DNA from: Roseibacillus sp.
GTDB lineage: Bacteria > Verrucomicrobiota > Verrucomicrobiia > Verrucomicrobiales > Akkermansiaceae
Assembly: GCA_051251855.1 (NCBI GenBank)
Contig: JBPOGI010000003.1
Span: forward strand, 96,001 to 160,000
DNA length: 64,000 nt
Reading direction: 5' to 3'
Both the position numbers and the translations under genes were made by a program. A model generated the notes under the pieces. It was not told the DNA's origin and did no database searches. It saw only the letters and a list, made by a program, of their open reading frames with translations. Below, one piece after another: positions 1 to 9,659 of this stretch (its first letter is position 1; the number at the start of each line of letters is the position of its first letter).

Positions 1-1
1 T

Positions 2-556
2 TTTCTGTTGGCGGTGGGATGTGGCCCGCAGGGTCGGATTGCGTCGCCGGAGCAGAATGTGGCGGAGCGTTTTGAGGTGGAGGAAGGTCTTCGGTCTCGT
101 TGGACTTGGACCGTCCCAGGCGGTCCGGCAGTTTTGTCGTTGGCAGCGGATGGGCCTCATGAAATGTATTGGACGGTGAGCGATAAGAGTCTGCCGAACG
201 TGCGTCGCTCCCGCCTTGCTTCGTTGCAGACCGCAACACGTTTTTTTTCACAGGGGCCTTCGGGGGTGAAGGAGGTTCGCTTTAGCCCCTCGGGTAGGAC
301 GATTTTGGCCTATGAGTTTTCTCGGGATGGTTCGCGCTTCCAAACCGTTCTTTTTCAGAATGACGATTACACAGGCGCTTGGAGGTCTCGCTACCTGAAC
401 CTTGGCGAGAAGGCAAAAACGAAGACGCGCAAGCTGGATGACCGTTCCAAGGTGCCAGGGCTGCTGGAACCAGCGATTGCTCCCAAGATCCTCCGGTTGG
501 ATGAGGACCTCGTGATTTATGAGGTTGAGGGGAAGACTCGCTCTTTGGAGCTTTAA
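2..556 (+). CDS. hypothetical protein, probable lipoprotein (5'-truncated by window edge)
   Basis: Frame is open from the window start (ttt ctg ttg gcg gtg gga tgt = FLLAVGC, lipobox-like) to TAA at 554-556. Confidence 0.6.
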   Translation, partial: FLLAVGCGPQGRIASPEQNVAERFEVEEGLRSRWTWTVPGGPAVLSLAADGPHEMYWTVSDKSLPNVRRSRLASLQTATRFFSQGPSGVKEVRFSPSGRTILAYEFSRDGSRFQTVLFQNDDYTGAWRSRYLNLGEKAKTKTRKLDDRSKVPGLLEPAIAPKILRLDEDLVIYEVEGKTRSLEL

Positions 557-565
557 ATCTTCCGT

Positions 566-1165
566 CTACCAAGCGCCACTGCGGTCAAATTTGACAACAC
601 CATCGACGATGCCGCGAGCAAGTTGGTCGCGGTAGGCTCCTTTCATGGACTTTGTGCGTTCTCCAGAGTGGCTGAGGAAGCCGCCTTCGACGAGGATTGC
701 TGGATGCTTGCAGTGGCGGAGAACGTAGTAGCGGGCGTATTTAACGCCGCGGTTGGAGGCTCTAGAATTGGTCAGCATCCCAGAGTGACAATAGGTGGCG
801 AGAGCTTTGCTTTTGCTGGAGTGATAAAAAGTTTCGAGGCCTTGAACGTGGCTTTTCCAGGTGGAGTTGTAGTGCACGCTGATGAAGATGGCATTGCGAT
901 AGCGATTGGCGATGGCGGCTCGTTGGGATAAGGAGACGAAGGTGTCGTTCTGCCGAATCATCACGGTGCGATATCCTTTACGTTTAAGGTAATACTCGAC
1001 GCGCATGGCAGTATCGAGAGCGAGGTGCTTCTCGTAGATTTTGCCATAGTGACCGCCAATATCCCGACCACCGTGTCCGGCGTCGATGATGACGGTCTTG
1101 GCGCTGAGAAAGCTGAGGAGGGAGCTCAAGAGCAAGAGAGCGAAGAGACGAGTAAAGAATTTCAT
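566..1165 (-). CDS. N-acetylmuramoyl-L-alanine amidase (Amidase_3)
   Basis: Signal peptide; Zn-amidase motifs IIDAGHGG, EK, FISVHYN and PAILVEGGFLSH. Confidence 0.92.
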   Translation of the reverse strand: MKFFTRLFALLLLSSLLSFLSAKTVIIDAGHGGRDIGGHYGKIYEKHLALDTAMRVEYYLKRKGYRTVMIRQNDTFVSLSQRAAIANRYRNAIFISVHYNSTWKSHVQGLETFYHSSKSKALATYCHSGMLTNSRASNRGVKYARYYVLRHCKHPAILVEGGFLSHSGERTKSMKGAYRDQLARGIVDGVVKFDRSGAW

Positions 1166-1225
1166 TTCTATAACATTTATTAAAAATTAACCAAAATTAA
1201 CTAATTGAGCAAGTTCTTTAAAAAC

Positions 1226-2092
1226 TTAATCAAACAAGAGGGATGGACGCTCCGAAATTTTACGAAGTTTTGCCTTACGGGCTTTTTGAGCCTCAGGGTC
1301 GAATACCATTCCTCCAGCGACTTTGACTTCGCCATTAGCGAAGGCTACGAGCCGTGGGTCGCCACTCGGACCTCGTTTATAGATGGTGCGTTTGGCAACT
1401 TTGCCTCGAGAGTCGATGAGAACATGGACGAAGCGATCTGGAGCTCCTAGGTAAAGGACGTTGAGACGCCCTTCTTTATCAACGGTGGACTCGGGAGGGC
1501 GGTGTTGAAGAAGTTCTCCGATCGGATATGTCATCACAACCCTGCGCTCTTGAACGAGTTCTGCTTGGAAATAGAGGTAGGAGGTGCGTCCGGGGGCAAA
1601 CGAGATGAGGCGATAATCACGGGCATTTCCGCCGAGGCCTACGCGTTGTTCATAAATGGTGCGACCTTTGGTAATATCGAAAGTCTTTCGGGCTGATTGG
1701 AAAGTCTCTCCGGTGGGCAGAGTGATGACTGTGTAGACGGTATACTTACCGTAGGAATGGAGGGGGAAGAGGGTGTTAAGGTCGAGCTGTTTGGCGACGG
1801 AACGTCCCACGGGGATCTTGGCTGCTTGGAAAGCCAAGCCTTTATAGGGGGCAACTGGGTTCCCTCTTTGGTCGCTGATCATGACATTGAGCCACGAGCG
1901 CCGGCCATCACCATGGAGCAGAAGTTCTCGACCCGCACGGTTGGTAATTCGAACGGCGAGGGGGATGGGCTCGTGAGGAATGAACTGTTGTCTGCTGAGC
2001 TGTAAATCAACATTCAGCTGCCCGAAAGACTGTCCTTGGCAGCCCAAGAAGAGTAGGAAGAGTGCAAAAGTGCGGGTGAAGAAGGTTTGCAA
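1226..2092 (-). CDS. exported hypothetical protein
   Basis: 288-aa ORF with a signal peptide and beta-rich composition; co-oriented with its neighbours. Confidence 0.7.
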   Translation of the reverse strand: MQTFFTRTFALFLLFLGCQGQSFGQLNVDLQLSRQQFIPHEPIPLAVRITNRAGRELLLHGDGRRSWLNVMISDQRGNPVAPYKGLAFQAAKIPVGRSVAKQLDLNTLFPLHSYGKYTVYTVITLPTGETFQSARKTFDITKGRTIYEQRVGLGGNARDYRLISFAPGRTSYLYFQAELVQERRVVMTYPIGELLQHRPPESTVDKEGRLNVLYLGAPDRFVHVLIDSRGKVAKRTIYKRGPSGDPRLVAFANGEVKVAGGMVFDPEAQKARKAKLRKISERPSLLFD

Positions 2093-2149
2093 GCCCCCTT
2101 TGAAAGAAATATCGCGCCTCGCCGCAAGCGAAAGTCCTGTTTCGTGCGA

Positions 2150-3604
2150 TTATTGTTTCACCGAGTAGACCAGTCGGAAACCGATATCGTCTCGCTGGAC
2201 GGAGGGATTATCGACCCATTCTCTGGTGAGGCTGCTGTCGCGAATCTTCTTAAAAGAGCCACCTAGAACCACTGGCTTGGCAGAATCGATGGGGAAAGCA
2301 GGGTTTTTTGACCGTTCGGCGGCCCACTCAGCCACGTTACCTGCGAGACCGTAGATTTTCTCACCGGGACCACCGACTGGCCCCCACTGCTTGCGTTGCT
2401 TATTTGCAGTGGCGAGAGAGCTACTCGCAGCCCACCATTCTTGCTCCGTAGGGAGGCGCCCGTTTTTCCAAGTGGCGTAGGCTTGGGCAGACCACCAGTC
2501 GACGCCGATGACGGGGCAATCGAGGGCCATCTTGCGGCCTTCCCATGTCTTCTGAGCGCGGGCGAGGGGAAAGTATTGGTTCCAGTGAGCTGGTCTGACG
2601 TTGGTCTTATCCTCGGGAATGTCTTCTGGCCAGAGAGCTTGCCTTTTCTGTTGGGTCATTGACTGCCAGGCAATCATGAATTCGGAATACTCCTCGATGG
2701 TGACTTCGGAGGCATCGATGCGGAAAGGCGAGAGCTTAATGAGCCCACCATTGGGTCGAGGGTAGCGGCCCTCTGGGACGGTCAGGACTAGATCAAGCTC
2801 GACTTCGTCACCTCCACTTTGAAAGGCGAAAATACCAATGATGATAGAGATGACCCCAAAGATGAGTCCCGCGATCATGGTTCCTCGAAGGCTCTTCTTG
2901 CTTTCAAGAATGGGGGTGGAGCGTGGAGGCGGGATGGTGGCTGCACCCAGTTGCTCATCGACTTGGTGCGCTAATTTCTCTGCGCGGCTCCAGGGGATGG
3001 GCTCTTGGAGCTCGGTTCCCTCGATGTAGTCCAATAGGGTGCCCATACGGGTGGCACCAGGTTGTCCGAATTCGAGGAGTTGGCGCAGTACGCTTGCAAA
3101 TGCTTGGCGAGAGGAGTTGTCGTCGGCAGCGGGACCAGCCTTTGCGAGGTTACGAATACGCACCGTGTTGTTGAGGCCCAAACGAATATCCTTCCCGTCG
3201 AAATCGGTCCGAGCGATGCCCCGCCGCTCAAGAGTGTTCATGGCTCCAGCGACTTGGGCAATGACACGGGTGACTTCTATGGGCAGGAGGTGCTGGCGGT
3301 CGTGAGCTACTGAGGCGAGGCTCTTGGATGGGAGTGCCTCGCGGGCGAAGGCGATGAATTCTTCGGTGGGAATGGCTTCATAAACGAGGCCGAAAACGCC
3401 GTCTTCTACAATGGCCTTCACCCGGATGTCAGTAAGAAAGCCGTCAGGGTCTGGTCCATAGTAACAGACGACTTCCACTTCCCTTTTGACGCTGACTTGC
3501 TCGCCAGACCAGACTTGCCGATCAATATCGGACTCGATTAGGGAGCCGAGGGTATAGTCTCCAATTTGGAGACCTGATTCTAGAACTGGAATTTGCTGAC
3601 TCAA
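2150..3604 (-). CDS. pseudokinase-TM-FGE/sulfatase-modifying (SUMF1) domain protein
   Basis: Degenerate Ser/Thr kinase-like N-terminus (IGDYTLGSLI..., IARTDFDGKDIRL), one TM helix, and C-terminal FGE motifs (EVT, PVIGVDW..A.AYA.W...RLPTEQEW, GLAGNVAEW, GGSF, IGFR). Confidence 0.8.
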   Translation of the reverse strand: MSQQIPVLESGLQIGDYTLGSLIESDIDRQVWSGEQVSVKREVEVVCYYGPDPDGFLTDIRVKAIVEDGVFGLVYEAIPTEEFIAFAREALPSKSLASVAHDRQHLLPIEVTRVIAQVAGAMNTLERRGIARTDFDGKDIRLGLNNTVRIRNLAKAGPAADDNSSRQAFASVLRQLLEFGQPGATRMGTLLDYIEGTELQEPIPWSRAEKLAHQVDEQLGAATIPPPRSTPILESKKSLRGTMIAGLIFGVISIIIGIFAFQSGGDEVELDLVLTVPEGRYPRPNGGLIKLSPFRIDASEVTIEEYSEFMIAWQSMTQQKRQALWPEDIPEDKTNVRPAHWNQYFPLARAQKTWEGRKMALDCPVIGVDWWSAQAYATWKNGRLPTEQEWWAASSSLATANKQRKQWGPVGGPGEKIYGLAGNVAEWAAERSKNPAFPIDSAKPVVLGGSFKKIRDSSLTREWVDNPSVQRDDIGFRLVYSVKQ

Positions 3605-3687
3605 AGGATGAGGGCGATACTCTCGAGAAGTGGCTGGAGATCCGCAATCTCCAATTCAGACCTCTGCTTGAATGTTAGAAGGCGAGA

Positions 3688-4794
3688 CTAGGGGAGAGGA
3701 GGAAGGAGAGGATTCTCGAAGTTAAAGTCATCGGGAACGTAGTTTTCAGGGTAGAAGTAGACTTCTTCACCAGGGGCAGCGACTTCTTTGGCAAGGCGGC
3801 GTGGGGAGGCGAGCCGGTCGATGAGCGCGCTCTCGTAGAAAAGTTCGACGACTTGACCGAAATACTTTCGTTGACCGAGGAGGTGGCTAGTGCCGTCGTC
3901 TTGAGAGGGGATTTCGTAAATAACACGTAGGAGTTCTTCGCCGCCGTCCTGCCAGTCGACGGGCGGAGTGACCCACTGAGTATCCATGGAACTGGTAATC
4001 TCGTCTCGTAAGCGATGTCTTCCCTGAAGCTCGTCGTAAAGATTGACTTGAACGAGAAGGGCTCGGTTGAGCTCCTCTTGATTCAGTCCAAGGTCTGATG
4101 CGGCGGAAACGGGAATGGTGAGAATCACTCGTTCACCGTTCTCCCAGGTGGTGTCTCGATAGACTCGGACGATACCAAGTTTGAATTTGGTGGCCATGTC
4201 TTCCGGCTCTTCGATGCCGTCGCGGAGTTTGATGGCGGCCATCTCATAGAGACTGCCGGCGCCGGTGGTTCCGAGTTCAAAGACCTTTTGGTAATGGTCG
4301 GCGGCCCGGTCGTAGAGGCCCATAGTGCTGAAAACCTCGGCAAACTGATAGAGAACGTTGGCGTCTTCGGGCGCGGTCTTGGCTGCTTCTTCTAGCTTGA
4401 GCATGGCACGCATGGAGTCGCCCGCGATGCGCAGATTCCGCGATTCCTCCACCAGTAGTTCTACGATGGGGCTGGCAATGGGAGGAGTCCTGAGGGTGAG
4501 CTTTTGGGGTGGATCGAACTGGTAGTCGAGGGGAGGTCCAGCGGGAAGGGGCGGGACTTCAGCTTCGAGATAGATCGGCTTTTCGACTACGATCGTCTCT
4601 TTCTCGGCAGGGAGGGTGCGGTATTGGATGACCTCCTTTTCAACGATCTGAGGTTGAGAAAAGGTGGCCTCTACCGCTTGGGGGCGCTGAAGGCCAAGGG
4701 CCATGCCCACCGCGGCAAGTTCGATAAAGGCGATCAAACCGAGAACCCAGCACGCCGTGTGAAAGGTGGTCAATCGCGTTTCGTCATTAGCCAT
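3688..4794 (-). CDS. membrane-anchored TPR-repeat protein
   Basis: Start reassigned to ATG 4794 (MANDETRL); N-terminal TM, Pro-rich linker, TPR-like helices (AMLKLEEAAKTAPEDANVLYQFAEVF...AADHYQKVFEL). Confidence 0.75.
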   Translation of the reverse strand: MANDETRLTTFHTACWVLGLIAFIELAAVGMALGLQRPQAVEATFSQPQIVEKEVIQYRTLPAEKETIVVEKPIYLEAEVPPLPAGPPLDYQFDPPQKLTLRTPPIASPIVELLVEESRNLRIAGDSMRAMLKLEEAAKTAPEDANVLYQFAEVFSTMGLYDRAADHYQKVFELGTTGAGSLYEMAAIKLRDGIEEPEDMATKFKLGIVRVYRDTTWENGERVILTIPVSAASDLGLNQEELNRALLVQVNLYDELQGRHRLRDEITSSMDTQWVTPPVDWQDGGEELLRVIYEIPSQDDGTSHLLGQRKYFGQVVELFYESALIDRLASPRRLAKEVAAPGEEVYFYPENYVPDDFNFENPLLPPLP

Positions 4795-4852
4795 TGGATA
4801 GGGGTGAGAGTAGCCGATCGGAGGGCGGGTCGTCAATGACGGAGGTGGCGTG

Positions 4853-5815
4853 TTAGGCCGCGCTGGTATTGGAAAAAAGACGGGGGAGATCGGGGAGGTC
4901 GGAGGCGGTGCGGGCGGGTTGTTGTGAGAGGATTTTCCCGTCGCGATAGAGGAAGGCTCCAGGCATCTGAAGTCCGTCCCCTGCGAGGTGGCCGACTCCA
5001 CAACCTCTAAACAGCGCGATAGCACCGCGCAACCAAACTCGGGGACCAAAGAGTTCGAGGAAGCCTCCTTTGCCCAAGCCGAAGGTGCGGTAAAGTTCAC
5101 AATTAGGATCGGCGATTCGGGGTATGGAGCTGGAAGAGGAGCTGGTCAGATAGTCCTGACTATCGCTTTCTTGCAGCATGTGAATGAGAATCAGTTGGGA
5201 ATTGTTAGATTCCGCTTGGGCTTTGAGGTCTTGGAGGCTACGGAGAATTTGCCGGGTGAAAGTGCAGCCAAAGTGTCGGAGAAAGACGAGAGTGACGGTC
5301 TTGTCTCTTGAGGCCTCTGCAAGGGTCTCGCCTGTGGAGAGCTTGTAGGCGCGCGAGGCTTCCTCAAGGGTATAGGGCTTTTCCCGGGTGATGGGTTTAC
5401 CGATCTTGGCTTGCATCGTTTGCCACAGGATGAGGGCGAAGGGAATCCACCAAATGAGGTCGTTAGTAATGATGATCCAAGCCGAAGAAAAGGGGAGGGC
5501 GCCGGTGTAGATGGCCTTGGCGAATCCAATCGGTCCGAAGACTTTCCCCATGAAGCCCACTAGGACGATGGGCCAGTGACGGATGGGGTTCTGGGCGGCG
5601 ATGAGGTAGCCCACGCCGAAGACGCCCACGATCATGCCGACGGATTGCCAAAGCTCGGGATATTTAGACCGTTCCATACTGGACCAATCGAACCAAAGGT
5701 GGGGCCAACAAACTGCCCAAATGCCGAAGGCGATGTTGTAAAGACCTGCTGCGATGAGAACGACCTTCATCCATCTAGGAAAAAGGCAGTCGGGACTGGA
5801 GCAGGATTTTTGCAT
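4853..5815 (-). CDS. membrane domain fused to AhpC/TSA_2 (SelL-related) redoxin
   Basis: Start reassigned to ATG 5815; about 4 TM helices followed by a thioredoxin-fold domain (VFLRHFGCTFT, IADP...LY..FGL, GDGLQMPGAF). Confidence 0.75.
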   Translation of the reverse strand: MQKSCSSPDCLFPRWMKVVLIAAGLYNIAFGIWAVCWPHLWFDWSSMERSKYPELWQSVGMIVGVFGVGYLIAAQNPIRHWPIVLVGFMGKVFGPIGFAKAIYTGALPFSSAWIIITNDLIWWIPFALILWQTMQAKIGKPITREKPYTLEEASRAYKLSTGETLAEASRDKTVTLVFLRHFGCTFTRQILRSLQDLKAQAESNNSQLILIHMLQESDSQDYLTSSSSSSIPRIADPNCELYRTFGLGKGGFLELFGPRVWLRGAIALFRGCGVGHLAGDGLQMPGAFLYRDGKILSQQPARTASDLPDLPRLFSNTSAA

Positions 5816-6145
5816 GGGAGAGAGTCGTTTCCTTTTGAGTTTTCGCAAGGGGGAGTTTCTGAGGCGGCTTTGAGATTCCGATGCTTCTTTAGGCTGTTGG
5901 GTATTTGTGGAGTGAAACGATGCAGTGTGGAATGGGAAGAGCTTCTGGTTCAATCTGTGGTTGTTAAGAGGGTGTCGATTGACTGAGTTGGAGAAATAGG
6001 ATGAGTGATGAAAGATCGAAGTAGCCCCTTCTTTCTGGGAAGTGGCTGAGGTTCGTTTATGAGGCTGATGAAGAAAAAATGTGAATGACACCTGATTCGG
6101 ACAAGACGGCGGGATGGCTTTAGGGCATGCTGGCCCTGAGAAGCT

Positions 6146-7087
6146 ATGAGTAGTCCCATTTTTCAAGGTTGTATTCCGGCGCTAATGACTCCCTGCAATG
6201 AGTTTGGCGAAATTAATTATGAAGCGCTGGTGGCGACGGCAAAGGGTCTGGTAGAGCAGGGAATGCGGGCGGTGGTTTATTGTGGATCGATGGGTGATTG
6301 GCCTTTGCTGACGGATGCTCAGAGGCAGGAGGGGGTGCGTTGTCTGGTGGAGGCGGGCTTGTCGGTGGTGGTGGGGACGGGTGCCCAGAATACGCAGCTG
6401 GCGGCAGAGCATGCAGCGCATGCGAAAGAGGTGGGCGCGCAGGGGCTGATGGTGATTCCGCGAGTGCTTTCGCGGGGGGCTTCACCGGCGGCGCAGAAGG
6501 AGCACTTTCGGGCGGTGTTGCAGGCGGGTGGTGATTTACCGGCGGTGATCTATAACAGTCCCTACTACGGTTTCGAGACGAAGGCTGATTTATTTTTCGC
6601 GTTGCGAGCGGAGTTTCCGAGTTTGATCGGATTCAAGGAGTTTGGAGGGGCGACTTCGTTGAGTTATGCGGCGGAGTTCATCACCAGCGGTGACCCAGAG
6701 CTGACTCTGATGGCAGGGGTGGATACGCAGGTTTATCATGGCTTTGTGAATTGCGGGGCGAGGGGGGCGATCACGGGAGTGGGTAATGCGCTGCCGAAGG
6801 AAATTCTGCGGTTTGTGGAGCTCTGCGAACAAGCCTCTGGAGGAGTTGGTCAGGCGCGCAAGTGGGCGCAGGAGTTGTCAGAGGCTTTGACAGTGCTCTC
6901 TACCTTTGATGAGCAGCCAGACTTGGTCTTGCATTACAAAGAGCTGATGGTGTTGGAGGGGCACGAAGAGTATCGTCACCAGATTTATGGCTCGGATTGC
7001 TTGAGTGAGAGTCAGCGGCAGTTCTTACACAACCAATGGCAGCTCTTTCGCGATTGGTGGGCCCAATGGGATGGGAGTGGAGAATAG
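6146..7087 (+). CDS. DapA-family protein; probable 1-pyrroline-4-hydroxy-2-carboxylate deaminase
   Basis: IPALMTP, GSMGDW, VIYNSPYY and GFKEFGG motifs; operon context with a proline-racemase-family gene. Confidence 0.85.
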   Translation: MSSPIFQGCIPALMTPCNEFGEINYEALVATAKGLVEQGMRAVVYCGSMGDWPLLTDAQRQEGVRCLVEAGLSVVVGTGAQNTQLAAEHAAHAKEVGAQGLMVIPRVLSRGASPAAQKEHFRAVLQAGGDLPAVIYNSPYYGFETKADLFFALRAEFPSLIGFKEFGGATSLSYAAEFITSGDPELTLMAGVDTQVYHGFVNCGARGAITGVGNALPKEILRFVELCEQASGGVGQARKWAQELSEALTVLSTFDEQPDLVLHYKELMVLEGHEEYRHQIYGSDCLSESQRQFLHNQWQLFRDWWAQWDGSGE

Positions 7088-7100
7088 TCTTTTCGGACCG

Positions 7101-8078
7101 ATGAGTGTGGTGAGTAAGATTCGAGTGGTAGACTCTCATACAGCGGGGGAACCGACACGGGTGGTGGTGTCAGGTGGGCCGGACGTTCCTGAGAAGGGGG
7201 CAGTTGCGGCGCTTTCGTTTTTGCGTGAAGAGGAGGACTGGATGCGCTGTGCCTTAATCCATGAGCCGCGTGGATTCGAAGCGGTGGTGGGTGCCTTTTT
7301 ATGCGAGCCGATTGATGAGAGTTGTGTGAGTGGGGTGGTCTTCTTTAACAATGCGGGATATCTCGGCGGCTGTTTGCATGGGAGTATCGGGGTCGTGGAG
7401 ACTTTGGCGTCTTTGGGGGAGATTTCTGCGGGGGCATATCGCCTAGAGACTCCGGTGGGGGTGATTACCGCAGTGTTGCATGATGATGGCAGAGTGTCGG
7501 TGACAAATGTGCCGAGCTTTCGCTATCGGGCTGGGGTGACGGTTGAGGTGCCGGGCTATGGTGAGGTGTGTGGGGATGTTGCTTGGGGCGGAAATTGGTT
7601 CTTCCTGATCGAAGGGCAGGGGCCGGAGGTGAAGCAGGAAAATATTGAGGAGTTGACGGCGTTCACGTGGGCGATTCGGCAGGCGCTGGATGGCTCCGAA
7701 CTGCGAGGAGAGGATGGAGGCTTGATCGACCATGTGGAGGTCTTTGGTGTTCCACAGTCTGGGGTGGAGGCGGACAGTCAGAACTTTGTGTTGTGCCCAG
7801 GAAAAGCCTATGACCGTTCTCCTTGCGGGACGGGGACGAGTGCGAAGTTAGCTTGTCTGGCAGCCGAGGGTCGATTGGCGGAGGGCGAGGTCTTTCGCCA
7901 AGCGGGAATCCTGGGGACGTCGTTCGAGGGGAGCTATCGCCGCCTTGACGAAAAACGCATCTCCCCCATGGTCACTGGGCAAGCTTACGTGACGGCGGAA
8001 AGTGAGGTTGTGCTGAGAGCAGATGATCCCTATCGCTACGGAGTGGAATGGGCGGGACGAAAGAAACAAGATTTATGA
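7101..8078 (+). CDS. proline racemase family; probable 4-hydroxyproline 2-epimerase
   Basis: DSHTAGEPTR, EPRG, GCLHG (catalytic Cys 1), WGGNWF and DRSPCGTGTSA (catalytic Cys 2); start ATG 7101. Confidence 0.88.
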   Translation: MSVVSKIRVVDSHTAGEPTRVVVSGGPDVPEKGAVAALSFLREEEDWMRCALIHEPRGFEAVVGAFLCEPIDESCVSGVVFFNNAGYLGGCLHGSIGVVETLASLGEISAGAYRLETPVGVITAVLHDDGRVSVTNVPSFRYRAGVTVEVPGYGEVCGDVAWGGNWFFLIEGQGPEVKQENIEELTAFTWAIRQALDGSELRGEDGGLIDHVEVFGVPQSGVEADSQNFVLCPGKAYDRSPCGTGTSAKLACLAAEGRLAEGEVFRQAGILGTSFEGSYRRLDEKRISPMVTGQAYVTAESEVVLRADDPYRYGVEWAGRKKQDL

Positions 8079-9652
8079 AACTGGAAGGATACTCAATCAT
8101 TGGAAGCAAGCGTGGCCAAGGAGCCGGCGGTAGGTGGCAAGCGCGGAACCCTGCTACGGGGGAGGAGTTGGAGACTGTTTTTCGGGCCGAGGACGAAGCC
8201 GGATTGAACGAGGCGGTGGCTTTGGCGGAAAGGGATTTTGTGAGCTACGGGGAATCTAGTAGTGAGCTGCGAGCAAATTTTTTGCGCACGATTGCAGATG
8301 AGATCGATGCTATCGAGGAAGAGATTGTGCTGCGGATGATGGCGGAAAGCGCCCTGCCAGAGCCTCGTTGCCGAGGGGAGAAAGGGCGGACCGTGGGTCA
8401 GTTGCGCATGTTCGCGGACTTGGTGGAAGAGGGCTCTTGGGTGGATGCGCGTATTGATTTGGCTCAGCCGGATCGGGCGCCGATTCCGAAGGTTGATTTG
8501 CGCTCGATGCAGCGGGCGGTTGGTCCGGTGGCGGTCTTTTGCGCGAGTAACTTTCCGTTGGCTTTCTCGGTTGCGGGTGGTGATACGGCGAGTGCTCTGG
8601 CCGCGGGTTGTCCGGTTGTGGTGCGCGCTCACGCGGCTCATCCTGGGGTGGCGGAGCTAGTGGGCACTGCGGTGCAAGCGGCGGTGGCGAAGTGTGGTCT
8701 GCCAGAGGGAGTCTTTTCGCTGATTTTTGATGATGGGATTTCGCTGGGAACGGGGTTGGTCAAGCATGCGGGGATTGCGGCGGTGGGCTTCACGGGTTCG
8801 CGAGCAGGTGGGCGGGCTCTGATGGATGTGGCAGCGGCGCGTGAAATGCCGATTCCGGTTTATGCGGAGATGAGCGCTATTAATCCTATCTTTGTTCTAC
8901 CAGGTGCGTTGGCGGAAAGGGGAGCGCAGATTGCGGAAGGACTGGTGGGCTCGGTCTCACTGGGAGTGGGTCAGTTTTGCACAAGTCCTGGGTTGGTATT
9001 CACTAGGGGTGAAGGGCAGGAGGAGTTTACGACGGCTGTGGCGGATGGCTTGGGTGCGGTGGCTCCGGCGACGATGTTGCATGAGGGAATCGCGAAGAAC
9101 TTTTCGGCAGGGGTTGCTGAGCTGAAGGCTCAAGAAGGGGTCGCTCAGCTGGTGAAAGTTGCGGCTGAGGGTTGTCAGGCGGGAGCGACCGTGTTCCGGG
9201 CACCAGTCGTGGAGTTTTTGACCAATGAGAAGCTGAGTGCGGAGGTTTTTGGGCCAAGCACGTTGTTAGTAGATTGCGGATCGGAGGATGATTTTCTGGA
9301 GGCGGCGAAGTCGTTGGAAGGTCAGTTGACGGCTAGTGTGCATGGCACGGAGGCGGACTTGGAAAAGGCGGGACCGCTTCTTTCGGTTCTTTCCCGTCGA
9401 GCGGGTCGTCTGATTGTGAATGGATTTCCGACGGGGGTGGAGGTTTGTCCTGCCATGGTGCATGGGGGGCCGTATCCGGCGACTTCAGATGGCTCTAGTA
9501 GTTCGGTGGGTACGCGGGCGATTGGAAGGTTTACACGATCAGTGTCTTGGCAGAGTATGCCAGAGGGGCTGTTGCCTGCGGAGTTGCAGTCGAGTAATCC
9601 CTTGGGGATTTACCGTTTGGTAGATGGCTCTTTGAGTAAGGAACCCGTCTAG
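8075..9652 (+). CDS. NADP-dependent aldehyde dehydrogenase; alpha-ketoglutarate semialdehyde dehydrogenase
   Basis: ASNFPLAFSVAGGDTASALAAGCPV, GFTGS, EMSAINP, GQFCTSPG and HGGPYPATSD; ATGA overlap with the upstream stop. Confidence 0.9.
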   Translation: MKLEGYSIIGSKRGQGAGGRWQARNPATGEELETVFRAEDEAGLNEAVALAERDFVSYGESSSELRANFLRTIADEIDAIEEEIVLRMMAESALPEPRCRGEKGRTVGQLRMFADLVEEGSWVDARIDLAQPDRAPIPKVDLRSMQRAVGPVAVFCASNFPLAFSVAGGDTASALAAGCPVVVRAHAAHPGVAELVGTAVQAAVAKCGLPEGVFSLIFDDGISLGTGLVKHAGIAAVGFTGSRAGGRALMDVAAAREMPIPVYAEMSAINPIFVLPGALAERGAQIAEGLVGSVSLGVGQFCTSPGLVFTRGEGQEEFTTAVADGLGAVAPATMLHEGIAKNFSAGVAELKAQEGVAQLVKVAAEGCQAGATVFRAPVVEFLTNEKLSAEVFGPSTLLVDCGSEDDFLEAAKSLEGQLTASVHGTEADLEKAGPLLSVLSRRAGRLIVNGFPTGVEVCPAMVHGGPYPATSDGSSSSVGTRAIGRFTRSVSWQSMPEGLLPAELQSSNPLGIYRLVDGSLSKEPV

Positions 9653-9659
9653 GTCGAGA

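Noticed and set aside
2150..3604. FGE-domain protein as the missing OvoA/EgtB sulfoxide synthase for the methyltransferase at 16370
   Set aside because: No DinB domain or HxxxHxE iron motif; it is membrane-anchored, fused to a pseudokinase and 13 kb away.
6114..6131. sigma54 promoter before the hydroxyproline operon (TGGCTTTAGGGCATGC)
   Set aside because: GG-to-GC spacing is one base too long for -24/-12.
4795..6166. Long N-terminal extensions of ORFs 3688-5100 and 4853-6166
   Set aside because: They overlap neighbouring genes or intergenic DNA. Internal ATGs at 4794 and 5815 give sensible proteins, and 4794 has a promoter-like sequence directly upstream.
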